57,707 nucleotides of DNA from a virus (lineage: Duplodnaviria; Caudoviricetes), in the IMG/VR virus record IMGVR_UViG_3300025276_000004, positions 1 to 57,707 of that record, one strand, 5' to 3'. The notes under the pieces are model-generated. The model was not told where the DNA came from. It ran no database searches and worked only from the letters and a program-made list of their open reading frames with translations. Both the position numbers and the translations under genes were made by a program. This document shows, piece after piece, positions 17,304 to 25,822 of this stretch; within the stretch, counting starts at the first letter, position 1; each line of letters starts with the position of its first letter.

Positions 17304-17469
17304 CTTCGATGTGACAATAACAATTACAAACACATTTAAACTTCCAGCTATTGACAAGGAGTCTGCTGTTCATCAAGCTATCGCACTGGGTATAGACGAA
17401 GTAATAAAAAATGCAGACTTCAGTTCATCAGTCAAAAAATCGGAGACAGATAATGACGGTTATAATTAA
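17296..17469 (+). CDS. Early hypothetical protein
   Basis: Likely start MSNFDVT at 17296. Confidence 0.55.
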   Translation: MSNFDVTITITNTFKLPAIDKESAVHQAIALGIDEVIKNADFSSSVKKSETDNDGYN

Positions 17470-17683
17470 TCCCGGAAGGGACGAAGTACAAGCAGTCTTC
17501 CTTAGGTCTGCACTAAAACTATCTCAAAAAGGTATCATGCCTAGTAAAGGTTTGACTAAAAAGAAACTAATGTCACTCGCATCTCACATCACAGGTAATG
17601 CTTACAAAAGAGGTCAATTAGATAATGCAATCTATGACCTGACATCTGTGATTGATGCAAACGAAACGGATATATATAACTAA
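17453..17683 (+). CDS. Early hypothetical protein
   Basis: Likely start MTVIINPG at 17453 behind GGAG; ASHITGNAYKRGQ motif. Confidence 0.6.
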   Translation: MTVIINPGRDEVQAVFLRSALKLSQKGIMPSKGLTKKKLMSLASHITGNAYKRGQLDNAIYDLTSVIDANETDIYN

Positions 17684-17694
17684 AGGGGAACCTC

Positions 17695-18189
17695 ATGCCT
17701 AACCATTGCTACCAGCAAGTCTTCCTTGAAGGCCAAACAGAACTAATTAGAGAACTATACAACAGTCTGGCATATGTTCAGCCACAATTCTTACAGACTA
17801 TTATGCCAACTCCAATAGAATTGTTTACTTCAAAAGACTGGTCAGTATATGACTGGCGAGTTGAAAACTGGGGTACTAAATGGGAAGTCGCAGAAGTAGA
17901 AATAACAGATACTTCTTGGGATTACTCTGGTAATATCATGCCTAGTTACCTGATAGGTGATAAGACAAAAGAAGTCTTGCAGAACAATACAACTTCTACA
18001 ATCAACTTCAATTGCTGGACTGCTTGGGGACCACCCACACCAGTCTGGGATAAACTCAAAAATCTAGGTGTGTTCGTAGATGCTGACTATCAGGACGAAG
18101 GAGGGATGTTTGAAGGTACATGGTTAGATGGTGTCAACGACTCATGGAACCCTGATGATGGAGAGGATGTAGAAGATGATAACAACTAA
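17695..18189 (+). CDS. DUF1281/YubB ferredoxin-like domain protein
   Basis: MPNHC start, YDWRVENWGTKWE, F..TAWGPP, Y.DEGG.F.G motifs. Confidence 0.75.
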   Translation: MPNHCYQQVFLEGQTELIRELYNSLAYVQPQFLQTIMPTPIELFTSKDWSVYDWRVENWGTKWEVAEVEITDTSWDYSGNIMPSYLIGDKTKEVLQNNTTSTINFNCWTAWGPPTPVWDKLKNLGVFVDADYQDEGGMFEGTWLDGVNDSWNPDDGEDVEDDNN

Positions 18190-18376
18190 TCAATGGGATG
18201 AAACAGTTGTCAAAGTTGAAATAGATCAATTAGATAATGATCAAATAGCTATGGTAACTGGGATATGTAGAGAAACCCTAGATAGACTTGATATAAATTC
18301 ATACTTTGACATGGAACTATCAATCATCCTCTTAAATAGAGATGCATTAGAAACCAATATAACAGAAAGTAAATAA
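18176..18376 (+). CDS. Hypothetical protein
   Basis: 66 aa ORF. Confidence 0.55.
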   Translation: MITTNQWDETVVKVEIDQLDNDQIAMVTGICRETLDRLDINSYFDMELSIILLNRDALETNITESK

Positions 18377-18377
18377 C

Positions 18378-19007
18378 ATGGCTAAAGAGGCTGTACACAT
18401 ATCTGTAATGACAGGTAAACTACAAGGGCTGAGAGCAATCAGCACGAACACTAAAACAAATAAATATTGTAAGACACAGCACGAACAAGCTGTGGCTAAA
18501 GATTCAAATAATATTTGCAAGGTATGTTACAGTCACAAAATGCTAGATGGTTTCCGTAAGAATATGGCACCAGCCTTGCAACGCAACTCAGACCTTCTAT
18601 CATCAAGACCTCTAGAACGTAGAGAAATACCAAGGATCAATGACAGTATATTCAGGTTCGATGCACATGGTGAGTTAATCAACCAGCAACACTTCGATAA
18701 CCTGATGGCAATCGTCATAGATAATCCTTGGTGTGTCTTTACACTCTGGACTAAAAGACCACACTATGCGTCTAACTATATAGATAAACATGGTAAACCT
18801 AAGAACCTAATACTGGTGTTTAGTAACCCACTCATGGGAAGTATCATGAGTAAACGTCCAAAACACTTTGATAAAACCTTCAACAATGTAATGGAAGATC
18901 AACACCTTGATAAACAAAACTGTACTGGGCAAAAATGCCAAGACTGCAGATTGTGTTATTCTTTCAATGATGTTCATACAATAGTAGAAAAAGTTAAGAG
19001 GTACTAA
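18378..19007 (+). CDS. GP88-like (radical-SAM-related) cysteine-cluster protein
   Basis: C...ICKVCY, FRFDAHGE, LWTKR, C-terminal C.GQKCQDCRLCY. Confidence 0.7.
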   Translation: MAKEAVHISVMTGKLQGLRAISTNTKTNKYCKTQHEQAVAKDSNNICKVCYSHKMLDGFRKNMAPALQRNSDLLSSRPLERREIPRINDSIFRFDAHGELINQQHFDNLMAIVIDNPWCVFTLWTKRPHYASNYIDKHGKPKNLILVFSNPLMGSIMSKRPKHFDKTFNNVMEDQHLDKQNCTGQKCQDCRLCYSFNDVHTIVEKVKRY

Positions 19008-19225
19008 TGAAAACAATAGTACACGTTAATCAACATATAATAAAAAGCAACAGCAAAACAGGTTCGAAAGATCCTGTCTTGACTGTGAAAACATATAACT
19101 CAAACACTTACACAAACAGAGTTAAAATAGATGGGCCATGCACTATTGTGTATAGCCCTGATAAACCTCTGTCATGTGGTGCAAAAGTATGGATAGAAAC
19201 ACAAGAAGAGGTAACCTGTGAATGA
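19007..19225 (+). CDS. Conserved hypothetical phage protein
   Basis: IVHVNQH.IK.N...PVLTVK..YSPDKPLSCGAKVWIET. Confidence 0.7.
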   Translation: MKTIVHVNQHIIKSNSKTGSKDPVLTVKTYNSNTYTNRVKIDGPCTIVYSPDKPLSCGAKVWIETQEEVTCE

Positions 19226-19557
19226 CTATGTATATGAATCAATATCAAGAACAAGCAATGAAAACTGCAATCTTTCCAGATAGCACAGACAACGAAGCAC
19301 TATCATACTTAACTATGGGATTGTGTGGAGAAGCTGGAGAAGTTGCAAACAAAATCAAGAAATGTATCAGAGATGGTAATGACTACACTGGTATCTCAGA
19401 GGAACTGGGGGATGTCCTCTGGTATGTTGCAGTACTCGCACGTTATCTAGAATGGGACACAGCAAAATCTCTAGAAGAGATTGCCGCTGCTAACCTATAT
19501 AAATTAGATAAACGTGCTAAAAACGGAACCTTGCAGGGTTCAGGCGATAACCGCTAA
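19222..19557 (+). CDS. mazG: MazG-like nucleotide pyrophosphohydrolase
   Basis: GLCGEAGEVANKIKK, EELGDVLWY, N..KL..R, GSGDNR. Confidence 0.9.
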   Translation: MTMYMNQYQEQAMKTAIFPDSTDNEALSYLTMGLCGEAGEVANKIKKCIRDGNDYTGISEELGDVLWYVAVLARYLEWDTAKSLEEIAAANLYKLDKRAKNGTLQGSGDNR

Positions 19558-19627
19558 TGATGGGGGTTTTGTTTGGATTTTGCATACTAATAGTAATTCT
19601 AGCAGCAAACATGAGATAGGATAACCA

Positions 19628-19774
19628 ATGCAAAATAAGCTTAATATTCTTGAAGTAATCGTAGCAGTAATGGAAGATCAAATAGATAACCTACACGAAA
19701 GGATCAAGTCTATTGAGATAGAGCTAGGAATACAGAAGATCCTCACAAAACAAAAGGAAGATACTCATGGCTAA
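19628..19774 (+). CDS. Hypothetical 48-aa coiled-coil protein (not in ORF track)
   Basis: MQNKLNILEVIVAV..., AGGA RBS. Confidence 0.5.
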   Translation: MQNKLNILEVIVAVMEDQIDNLHERIKSIEIELGIQKILTKQKEDTHG

Positions 19775-20063
19775 AAATCTATTAGGTAAGTCAAGGAACA
19801 TGCAAGACCCATACGCTATCTATAAAGGTGATGGCTCATTCGGAGAAACTGAAATGAGACTGCTAAAAACTTATCAACTCCCAAAAAACGAATCAACAAA
19901 TCAATATGCTCGTTGGTTCATAGCAGTTAAAACAGATGCAACCTTTGGTAGTTTTGACATGGGTGACAGTTACATTAAAGAAGCAACAGATGGTCTGCTA
20001 CTTACCTATGCTAGTCCAGAGTTCAAAGAACAATATCAAGCAGAAACAGGGAACCATCCCTAA
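19767..20063 (+). CDS. Hypothetical protein
   Basis: 98 aa, LLKTYQ..YARWFIAVK..FDMGDSY. Confidence 0.7.
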   Translation: MAKNLLGKSRNMQDPYAIYKGDGSFGETEMRLLKTYQLPKNESTNQYARWFIAVKTDATFGSFDMGDSYIKEATDGLLLTYASPEFKEQYQAETGNHP

Positions 20064-20205
20064 ATTATAACATACAGAGGTAATAAAACAATGACAGCAT
20101 TTATAGCAGCAATCGTACACGTAGGTATCGCCTTAGGAGTAGGTGTAGCCGTAATCGACATCAGTACAAATGTGATCACTACAATCTCGTCTGCCTTCTA
20201 AAACA

Positions 20206-20451
20206 ATGCCATTTACAATTGAAGAAGAGTTTCACCAAACAAGAATAGTAGTCATGGATGACTCCGGTGACGATCTCGATGTCGATTTGATTATAGAAAA
20301 CGCTGGCGAATACGAGGGATATGTATCGTTACGTCAGTACAACAATGATACTGAGTGCTACGAGATAATAACAATGTCACCAGACATGTTTAAAGATCTA
20401 ATAAAATCCTGGGATTCCCCAGCAGGGTTCCACGGACTACTATGGGAATAA
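20206..20451 (+). CDS. Hypothetical protein
   Basis: 81 aa acidic ORF. Confidence 0.65.
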   Translation: MPFTIEEEFHQTRIVVMDDSGDDLDVDLIIENAGEYEGYVSLRQYNNDTECYEIITMSPDMFKDLIKSWDSPAGFHGLLWE

Positions 20452-20490
20452 AAAAAGACCCCAGAGACTCACACAGAGTCTTTGGGGTCT
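20449..20490 (-). terminator. Intrinsic terminator for the terS transcript (possibly bidirectional)
   Basis: Minus strand AGACCCCAAAGACTC-TGTGT-GAGTCTCTGGGGTCT followed by TTTTTT. Confidence 0.75.
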
Positions 20491-20569
20491 AATAGTTACT
20501 AACCGACAAACCGCACTTGCTGGTTTTTTTTAAAACCGACAAAGCGCACTGGCAGTTTCTTGCAGAATC

Positions 20570-20962
20570 TTACACGATCCGCAAGGACTTGAGTTTACTG
20601 TCAAGCTCCTCATCAGAGAGAACTTCAGTGCCTAGCTCTTCTATTTGAAGCTCTCTGCGCTGTAACTTAGGTTGCTCATACTCTGCAATCTTTGATGCAA
20701 GATCACTAGCAGTATCAAATTCTTCCTCATCTAATGCTTTAAACATCAGGATCTTCAAGACATCTAAGGAGTTCATATCTACATGATCAAGTACATCTTC
20801 CTTATATTTCTTCCAGTCTCCCATGCTCATCTTCAAGGCTTGCCTAGCATCACTAGATGCTTTACGAGAAGCTGCGGATTTTAATTGCATCTCTTTAGCA
20901 TTGTCTTTAGTAAATGAGGGAGCTAAATTCTTGAGACTATTAGGATGTATTCCTTTGGTCAT
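20570..20962 (-). CDS. terS: Probable terminase small subunit
   Basis: HPNSLKNL N-terminus, A..IAEYEQPKLQR.E, LSDEELD C-terminus; has its own class L promoter. Confidence 0.65.
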   Translation of the reverse strand: MTKGIHPNSLKNLAPSFTKDNAKEMQLKSAASRKASSDARQALKMSMGDWKKYKEDVLDHVDMNSLDVLKILMFKALDEEEFDTASDLASKIAEYEQPKLQRRELQIEELGTEVLSDEELDSKLKSLRIV

Positions 20963-20989
20963 ATAAATTACCTCTTATAGTGCTAAATG

Positions 20990-21012
20990 AATTCGACCAC
21001 AGGGGTCGAATT
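20990..21012 (+). promoter_or_regulatory. Hairpin motif H4 (candidate virion-RNAP promoter) upstream of the replication operon
   Basis: AATTCGACC-ACAGG-GGTCGAATT, perfect 9-bp stem. Confidence 0.75.
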
Positions 21013-21035
21013 TTTAAAGAGAATAAGTATCTCTT

Positions 21036-21053
21036 CCTATAAGGAACTTAAAG
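21036..21053 (-). promoter_or_regulatory. T7-like phage promoter (class L) driving terS
   Basis: CTTTAAGTTCCTTATAGG on minus strand. Confidence 0.75.
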
Positions 21054-21065
21054 AAAGGGCATAAA

Positions 21066-21311
21066 ATGTCAGACATAGTAAAAGAACCATCACATTACAC
21101 AATGTGGAAGATAGAACCTATAACATTCATAATGGATAACCACTTACCCTTCCATACTGGTAACATCATCAAGTATGCCATGAGGGCAGGTTACAAAATC
21201 TATGAGGGTGAAGACGAAATAGGTTCAGAAATAACAGACCTTCGTAAAGTCATGCGGTATGCAGAGATGCGTATAGAACAACTCGACAGAAACATGAAAG
21301 ATTACATCTAA
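21066..21311 (+). CDS. DUF3310 family protein (T7 gp1.7/SaV-like)
   Basis: VKEPSHY..IEPI, GNIIKY..RAG.K, DLRK..RY. Confidence 0.8.
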   Translation: MSDIVKEPSHYTMWKIEPITFIMDNHLPFHTGNIIKYAMRAGYKIYEGEDEIGSEITDLRKVMRYAEMRIEQLDRNMKDYI

Positions 21312-21502
21312 TGGGTGAATTTAAGAAAATACAAACAGAAATTGATGAAATTGTAAGGCTAACGTACATGCTAGGTGACTTCTGTACATCAAAAGGTTTC
21401 ACAGAAATTGTGTATGCCAAATGTTTAGACGCAGATATTAACAGTGAGTACATGAATTACGCTAACAAAAGAATATCGGAGGTGTTATATGAATTGGATT
21501 AG
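21311..21502 (+). CDS. Hypothetical protein
   Basis: 63 aa, TAATG coupling. Confidence 0.55.
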   Translation: MGEFKKIQTEIDEIVRLTYMLGDFCTSKGFTEIVYAKCLDADINSEYMNYANKRISEVLYELD

Positions 21503-21767
21503 CAAAGTAGCAGAAAAACTACGTAGACGAGTAAACATTAATGCAACAGTTCGTGAACTGCACATGTTAAATGACTATCAGCTTAAAGATTTAGGCATAA
21601 TGCGTGGTCAAATTGACAGTGTAGCTAGAGGAATCATAGATTTCCACAGATTAGTAAGAGATAAGTCAGAAGAAGAGCAAGTAGAAAGCATTCTAAGCTC
21701 TCCTGAAGAAACCTCTGAGGGTCTGAGTGGGTTCAAGGACATACAAGGGTCAAGGGATAAGGTATAA
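21489..21767 (+). CDS. DUF1127 domain protein
   Basis: RRR...TVRELHMLNDYQLKDLGIMRGQI matches the T..EL..L.D..L.D.G..R..I signature. Confidence 0.8.
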   Translation: MNWISKVAEKLRRRVNINATVRELHMLNDYQLKDLGIMRGQIDSVARGIIDFHRLVRDKSEEEQVESILSSPEETSEGLSGFKDIQGSRDKV

Positions 21768-21770
21768 ATC

Positions 21771-21968
21771 ATGTGGATACTAATGTGGATGCAATTATTA
21801 TCAGGATTGCAGGTAGAACACTACCAATTAGGGTCTTACACACAGAAAGATGAGTGTAAGAAGGCAGAATCTCGTGCTCAAGTAATGAAACAGAACAATG
21901 GAACAGCTATCTTTTGTGTAAAGGTAGATATAGAAAGGTTTTTAGATGATAATCGCAACGTATATTGA
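21771..21968 (+). CDS. Hypothetical protein
   Basis: 65 aa, hydrophobic N-terminus, two cysteines. Confidence 0.55.
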   Translation: MWILMWMQLLSGLQVEHYQLGSYTQKDECKKAESRAQVMKQNNGTAIFCVKVDIERFLDDNRNVY

Positions 21969-22608
21969 TCATATGGGCAGTGACCTGTCAGTAGTTAATG
22001 CTGCAAGAGTTAGTTTCGGTAAGAAAAGTGAGTGGATAACTACTGGGCCTTGTGAAAATGGCAGTGCTGAACATAAAATACTAAGTCCTAGAGATCAAAA
22101 GCTAATACAGTATCTTGCTAAACACAAACATACATCACCATTCGGTCATTGCTTTGCGTCATTCCACATAAAGGCACCTATCTTTGTAGCACGACAGCTA
22201 GTCAAGCATAAGTTCCTACGCTGGAATGAGATCAGCCGCCGCTATGTAGACAGTGAGCCTGAGTTCTATAAGCCTGTTGAGTGGCGTGGACGTAATGAAG
22301 ACAAGAAACAAGGCAGTGATGGTGTAGTAGAAGTTGAAAAGATAGGTGACATTAGCTTAACTAGTAAGGTTCTTTATAACAGCTTACTTGATAGAGGTGT
22401 ATGTCCAGAGCAAGCACGTATGGTACTGCCGCAGTCTACCATGACTGAGTGGTACTGGTCAGGTAGTCTTGACGCCTTTGCAAGTATGTGTAGACTACGT
22501 GTAGCCCCTGATACACAGGAAGAGACACGACAGGTTGCTGAACAGATTGACACAACCATGCATGAAATATTCCCAGAGTCTTGGAATGCATTAATGTGGA
22601 CTGTGTAA
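21946..22608 (+). CDS. thyX: FAD-dependent thymidylate synthase
   Basis: DLSVVNAARVSF, H.SPF.H, APIFVARQLVKH..WNEISRRY, EQARMVLP, TQEETR. Confidence 0.93.
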   Translation: MIIATYIDHMGSDLSVVNAARVSFGKKSEWITTGPCENGSAEHKILSPRDQKLIQYLAKHKHTSPFGHCFASFHIKAPIFVARQLVKHKFLRWNEISRRYVDSEPEFYKPVEWRGRNEDKKQGSDGVVEVEKIGDISLTSKVLYNSLLDRGVCPEQARMVLPQSTMTEWYWSGSLDAFASMCRLRVAPDTQEETRQVAEQIDTTMHEIFPESWNALMWTV

Positions 22609-22745
22609 TGAGTATGTCTGGAGAAATAGAAAATGTACAACGTGAGATCAACAAGAAAGAAGAAGCGTTGTACAAGTTAGCCAAAGAAATAACTGAATTA
22701 GAACAAAGAGAAGAGGAGTTACTAAAACATGTACGAGATATATAG
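22608..22745 (+). CDS. Hypothetical 45-aa coiled-coil protein (not in ORF track)
   Basis: MSMSGEIENVQREINKK..., TAATG coupling. Confidence 0.5.
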   Translation: MSMSGEIENVQREINKKEEALYKLAKEITELEQREEELLKHVRDI

Positions 22746-22950
22746 CGTAGCCAACTGTCCATTTTGCCTGAAAGCTAAGGATCTTATAAGAGAAACTGGA
22801 AAAGGTTTCACTGAATACGCTATTGATTTAAAACCTGAGATGCATAAAAACATAATGAAGAAATCTTTAATGAATACTGTACCTATCATCTACTACAAAG
22901 ACGAACTAATAGGTGGGTACAATGACTTAAAGATGTACTTAAACAAATAA
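22729..22950 (+). CDS. grx: Glutaredoxin
   Basis: CPFC active site, TVPII, IGGY. Confidence 0.9.
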   Translation: MYEIYSVANCPFCLKAKDLIRETGKGFTEYAIDLKPEMHKNIMKKSLMNTVPIIYYKDELIGGYNDLKMYLNK

Positions 22951-22964
22951 AGAAAGGACGCATC

Positions 22965-24803
22965 ATGCGCCTATGTTATGATATAGAATGTAATGGACTT
23001 ACACCAGACACTATCTGGATGATCGTTGCAAAAAATCTAGACACTGATCAAATATATAAATTCTCTGATCACGATAACCTACATGGTTCTATCGCGGATG
23101 GAGCTGCACTGTTGCAGAACGCAGAGTTACTGGTAGGCCATAACATCATAGGTTTCGACAATGTGGTGATGGACAAGCTATGTGGTACTACACTCAATGA
23201 GAAACGCTTACATGATACGTGGGTAATGTCTCAGGTGTTGAGGTACAAGCGTAACCATCGTCATGGTCTAGCAGGTTGGGGTGAAAACCTTGGCAACAGC
23301 AAGATAACCTATGAGGACGGATGGGATGCATACTCAAGGGAGATGCTTCGTTACTGTGTACAAGACGTTAAGGTTAATGTTGATGTGTACAATGAACTAC
23401 TTACAGAGTACAAGAAGGTAGCTTCAGTAAACCCAAAGATCAAGATCGGTATGCAAGCGGAACATGAAACAGCTAGGTTCAACGCATTCTGTAAGACTAA
23501 AGGCTGGTACTTTGATATGGAGGAAGCTAAGGAGTTACTGGGAACTATGCAACAACGCATGGCTGAGATATCTAACACTATCGAACCCAAAATGGGTACT
23601 AAGGTTGTGTTCATAGATAAAGAACCTAAGACTCCTAAGTACAAAAAGAATGGTACATATACCGCGACAACTGCCAAGCTCCTTAGTGAATATTTTGAAA
23701 CGAAAGTCGGCATCGAAGATACCCATCTCGCGGGACCAGCTTTCACATTCCAACGAACTACTAAGGAACAAGCTAAACTTGGATCGCAAGAAGCGGTCAA
23801 GGATTGGTTGGGAACAATCGGATGGAAACCCGATGAGTACAACAGAAAGAAAGTAGGCCGAGAGTGGATTACTACTGGACCTAAACTTACAACATCGTCA
23901 CTAGCTAAACTGGGAGAAGTTGGCCTTATGGTTGATGAGTACTATGTACTACGTCACAAGGCTTCTCTTATGGAAGGTTGGGTAGAACGAGTGGAGAATG
24001 CAGATGATAAGAGACTTCATGGTAATATGTGGACTATTGGCACTCCTACCTTTAGAGTACGTCACGAAGTTATTGCTAACCTTCCGGGAATTGAAACTCC
24101 TTGGGGTAAAGAAATTCGTGGTATGCTTAAGCCTGATCCGGGAACGGTGATAGTAGGGGCTGACTCAGCTGGTAATCAATTGCGTGGCCTGTGTCACTAC
24201 GTTGGTAACGATGAGTTCACTAATGAGGTACGCTATGGTGATCAACACCAGCGTAATGCAGATGCACTTGGGTGTAGCAGAGGCGTAGCTAAAGGCTACC
24301 TCTATGCTTATCTATTTGGTGCAGGTGATGCTAAACTTGGTCAAGTACTGACAGGTAAAGCCAACAGTGAAGCAGGTCGTAAGTCTCGTGCTAACTTCTC
24401 TAAGGGCATTAAAGGTTTAGAAGAACTTAAGAAGAAGCTGTTAGCTATATGGAACAAAACATCCCACAACCAAGGTGATGGATGGTTCCCTGCACTTGAT
24501 GGACGCCCAGTATTCTGTGGTTCAGGCCATCAAACACTTAACTACTTACTCCAAGCTGCTGAAGGTGTGACCTGTAAGGCTGCACTAATGTGGGCATGGG
24601 ATAAGATTAAAGAAGAGAAACTACGTGCCGAACCTCGTTTGTTCTACCATGATGAGATGGCATTCCAATCGCACCCTGATGACGCTAAACGTGTTGGGGA
24701 AATACTAAAAGAATCTTTCACTGCTGGTCCAGAGTTGTTCGGTGTAACATGTATGGATGGTGGTGACTATGTAATCGGAGAGAGTTACGCAGATGTTCAC
24801 TGA
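22965..24803 (+). CDS. polA: DNA polymerase, family A (T7-like) with 3'-5' exonuclease
   Basis: DIE ExoI, GHNIIGFD ExoII, YCVQD ExoIII, motif A GADSAGNQLR, motif B R..AK..LYA.LFGAG, motif C YHDE. Confidence 0.95.
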   Translation: MRLCYDIECNGLTPDTIWMIVAKNLDTDQIYKFSDHDNLHGSIADGAALLQNAELLVGHNIIGFDNVVMDKLCGTTLNEKRLHDTWVMSQVLRYKRNHRHGLAGWGENLGNSKITYEDGWDAYSREMLRYCVQDVKVNVDVYNELLTEYKKVASVNPKIKIGMQAEHETARFNAFCKTKGWYFDMEEAKELLGTMQQRMAEISNTIEPKMGTKVVFIDKEPKTPKYKKNGTYTATTAKLLSEYFETKVGIEDTHLAGPAFTFQRTTKEQAKLGSQEAVKDWLGTIGWKPDEYNRKKVGREWITTGPKLTTSSLAKLGEVGLMVDEYYVLRHKASLMEGWVERVENADDKRLHGNMWTIGTPTFRVRHEVIANLPGIETPWGKEIRGMLKPDPGTVIVGADSAGNQLRGLCHYVGNDEFTNEVRYGDQHQRNADALGCSRGVAKGYLYAYLFGAGDAKLGQVLTGKANSEAGRKSRANFSKGIKGLEELKKKLLAIWNKTSHNQGDGWFPALDGRPVFCGSGHQTLNYLLQAAEGVTCKAALMWAWDKIKEEKLRAEPRLFYHDEMAFQSHPDDAKRVGEILKESFTAGPELFGVTCMDGGDYVIGESYADVH

Positions 24804-25542
24804 TAACGCAGTAGTACTAGTAGATTCGGATTCAATATACTTCCGAATGGCATGTGTTACGAAGAAGCAAAAGGATATCCGAGTAGGTATCGACAATACT
24901 ATGAGAGAGATCAAACAAAATTGTGGATCTGATAAACTACTTGTAGCAATCAAAGGAAGGGGTAATTTCCGAAAGGAGATCTACCCCTCCTACAAATCAA
25001 CAAGGAAGGAACTTGATGCAGATGTCAAGAAAGCATTAAACTATGGACATGATTTCATGGTGGATAAGTATGGCGCTGTCATGGCTGACGATATGGAAGC
25101 TGATGATCTTGTTAGTATTTGGGCTAGTGAGTGCCGAGATTCTGATAGGGACTATACAGTGGCTGGGATCGACAAGGATCTTTTACAAATCCCAGGAACC
25201 CACTACAACTTTGTCAAGAAAGAAATCCAACAGATTTCTGAAGACACTGCTAACCTTAAGCTTATGTTGCAATGTCTTACTGGTGATCGGTCTGATAACA
25301 TTCCGGGAATCAAAGGAATTGGCCCTAAGAAAGCAGAGAAGCTTTTATCTGGAGTACCTATGCAACGCAGGTGGAATAGGGTGCGAGCTGCTTGGCGAGC
25401 AAACGAGTCGGGAGATCCTGACATTGCCAAGCGTCTATTAACAATGATAACATCTTGGGAAGAATTAGATGACATTAAAGAACAAATCAAGAAGCATAAG
25501 TCGGAAAAGCAAGCGCAAGTTTATAGGGATGTTAAAGACTGA
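24793..25542 (+). CDS. 5'-3' exonuclease (T7 gp6-like)
   Basis: NFR..YK..R, EADD, DKDL.QIPG, GD.SDNIPGIKGIGPKKA. Confidence 0.92.
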   Translation: MFTDNAVVLVDSDSIYFRMACVTKKQKDIRVGIDNTMREIKQNCGSDKLLVAIKGRGNFRKEIYPSYKSTRKELDADVKKALNYGHDFMVDKYGAVMADDMEADDLVSIWASECRDSDRDYTVAGIDKDLLQIPGTHYNFVKKEIQQISEDTANLKLMLQCLTGDRSDNIPGIKGIGPKKAEKLLSGVPMQRRWNRVRAAWRANESGDPDIAKRLLTMITSWEELDDIKEQIKKHKSEKQAQVYRDVKD

Positions 25543-25822
25543 CCTAGGTTGCACTGACTGTGGATACAATAAACACCCTGACGCTCTTGCGTTTGATCAT
25601 TTACCTAAGTACGAGAAGCTACATGATGTTTCTCGTATGGTATCTCAAGACAGAGACATAGGTGCAGTGCTTGAAGAAGTGTTTAAAACAGAGGTAGTGT
25701 GCCATAACTGTCACGCTATCAGAACAGCGGAGCGTAGAAATGGAAATACTATTCCAGATCAAACCTTTATCAGCAAACAAAATGTTTGTGAGGAAAGGGA
25801 GAACAACTTACAAGACAGCTGA
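25469..25822 (+). CDS. HNH-like endonuclease
   Basis: CTDCG..FDH..VCHNCH. Confidence 0.75.
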   Translation: MTLKNKSRSISRKSKRKFIGMLKTDLGCTDCGYNKHPDALAFDHLPKYEKLHDVSRMVSQDRDIGAVLEEVFKTEVVCHNCHAIRTAERRNGNTIPDQTFISKQNVCEERENNLQDS

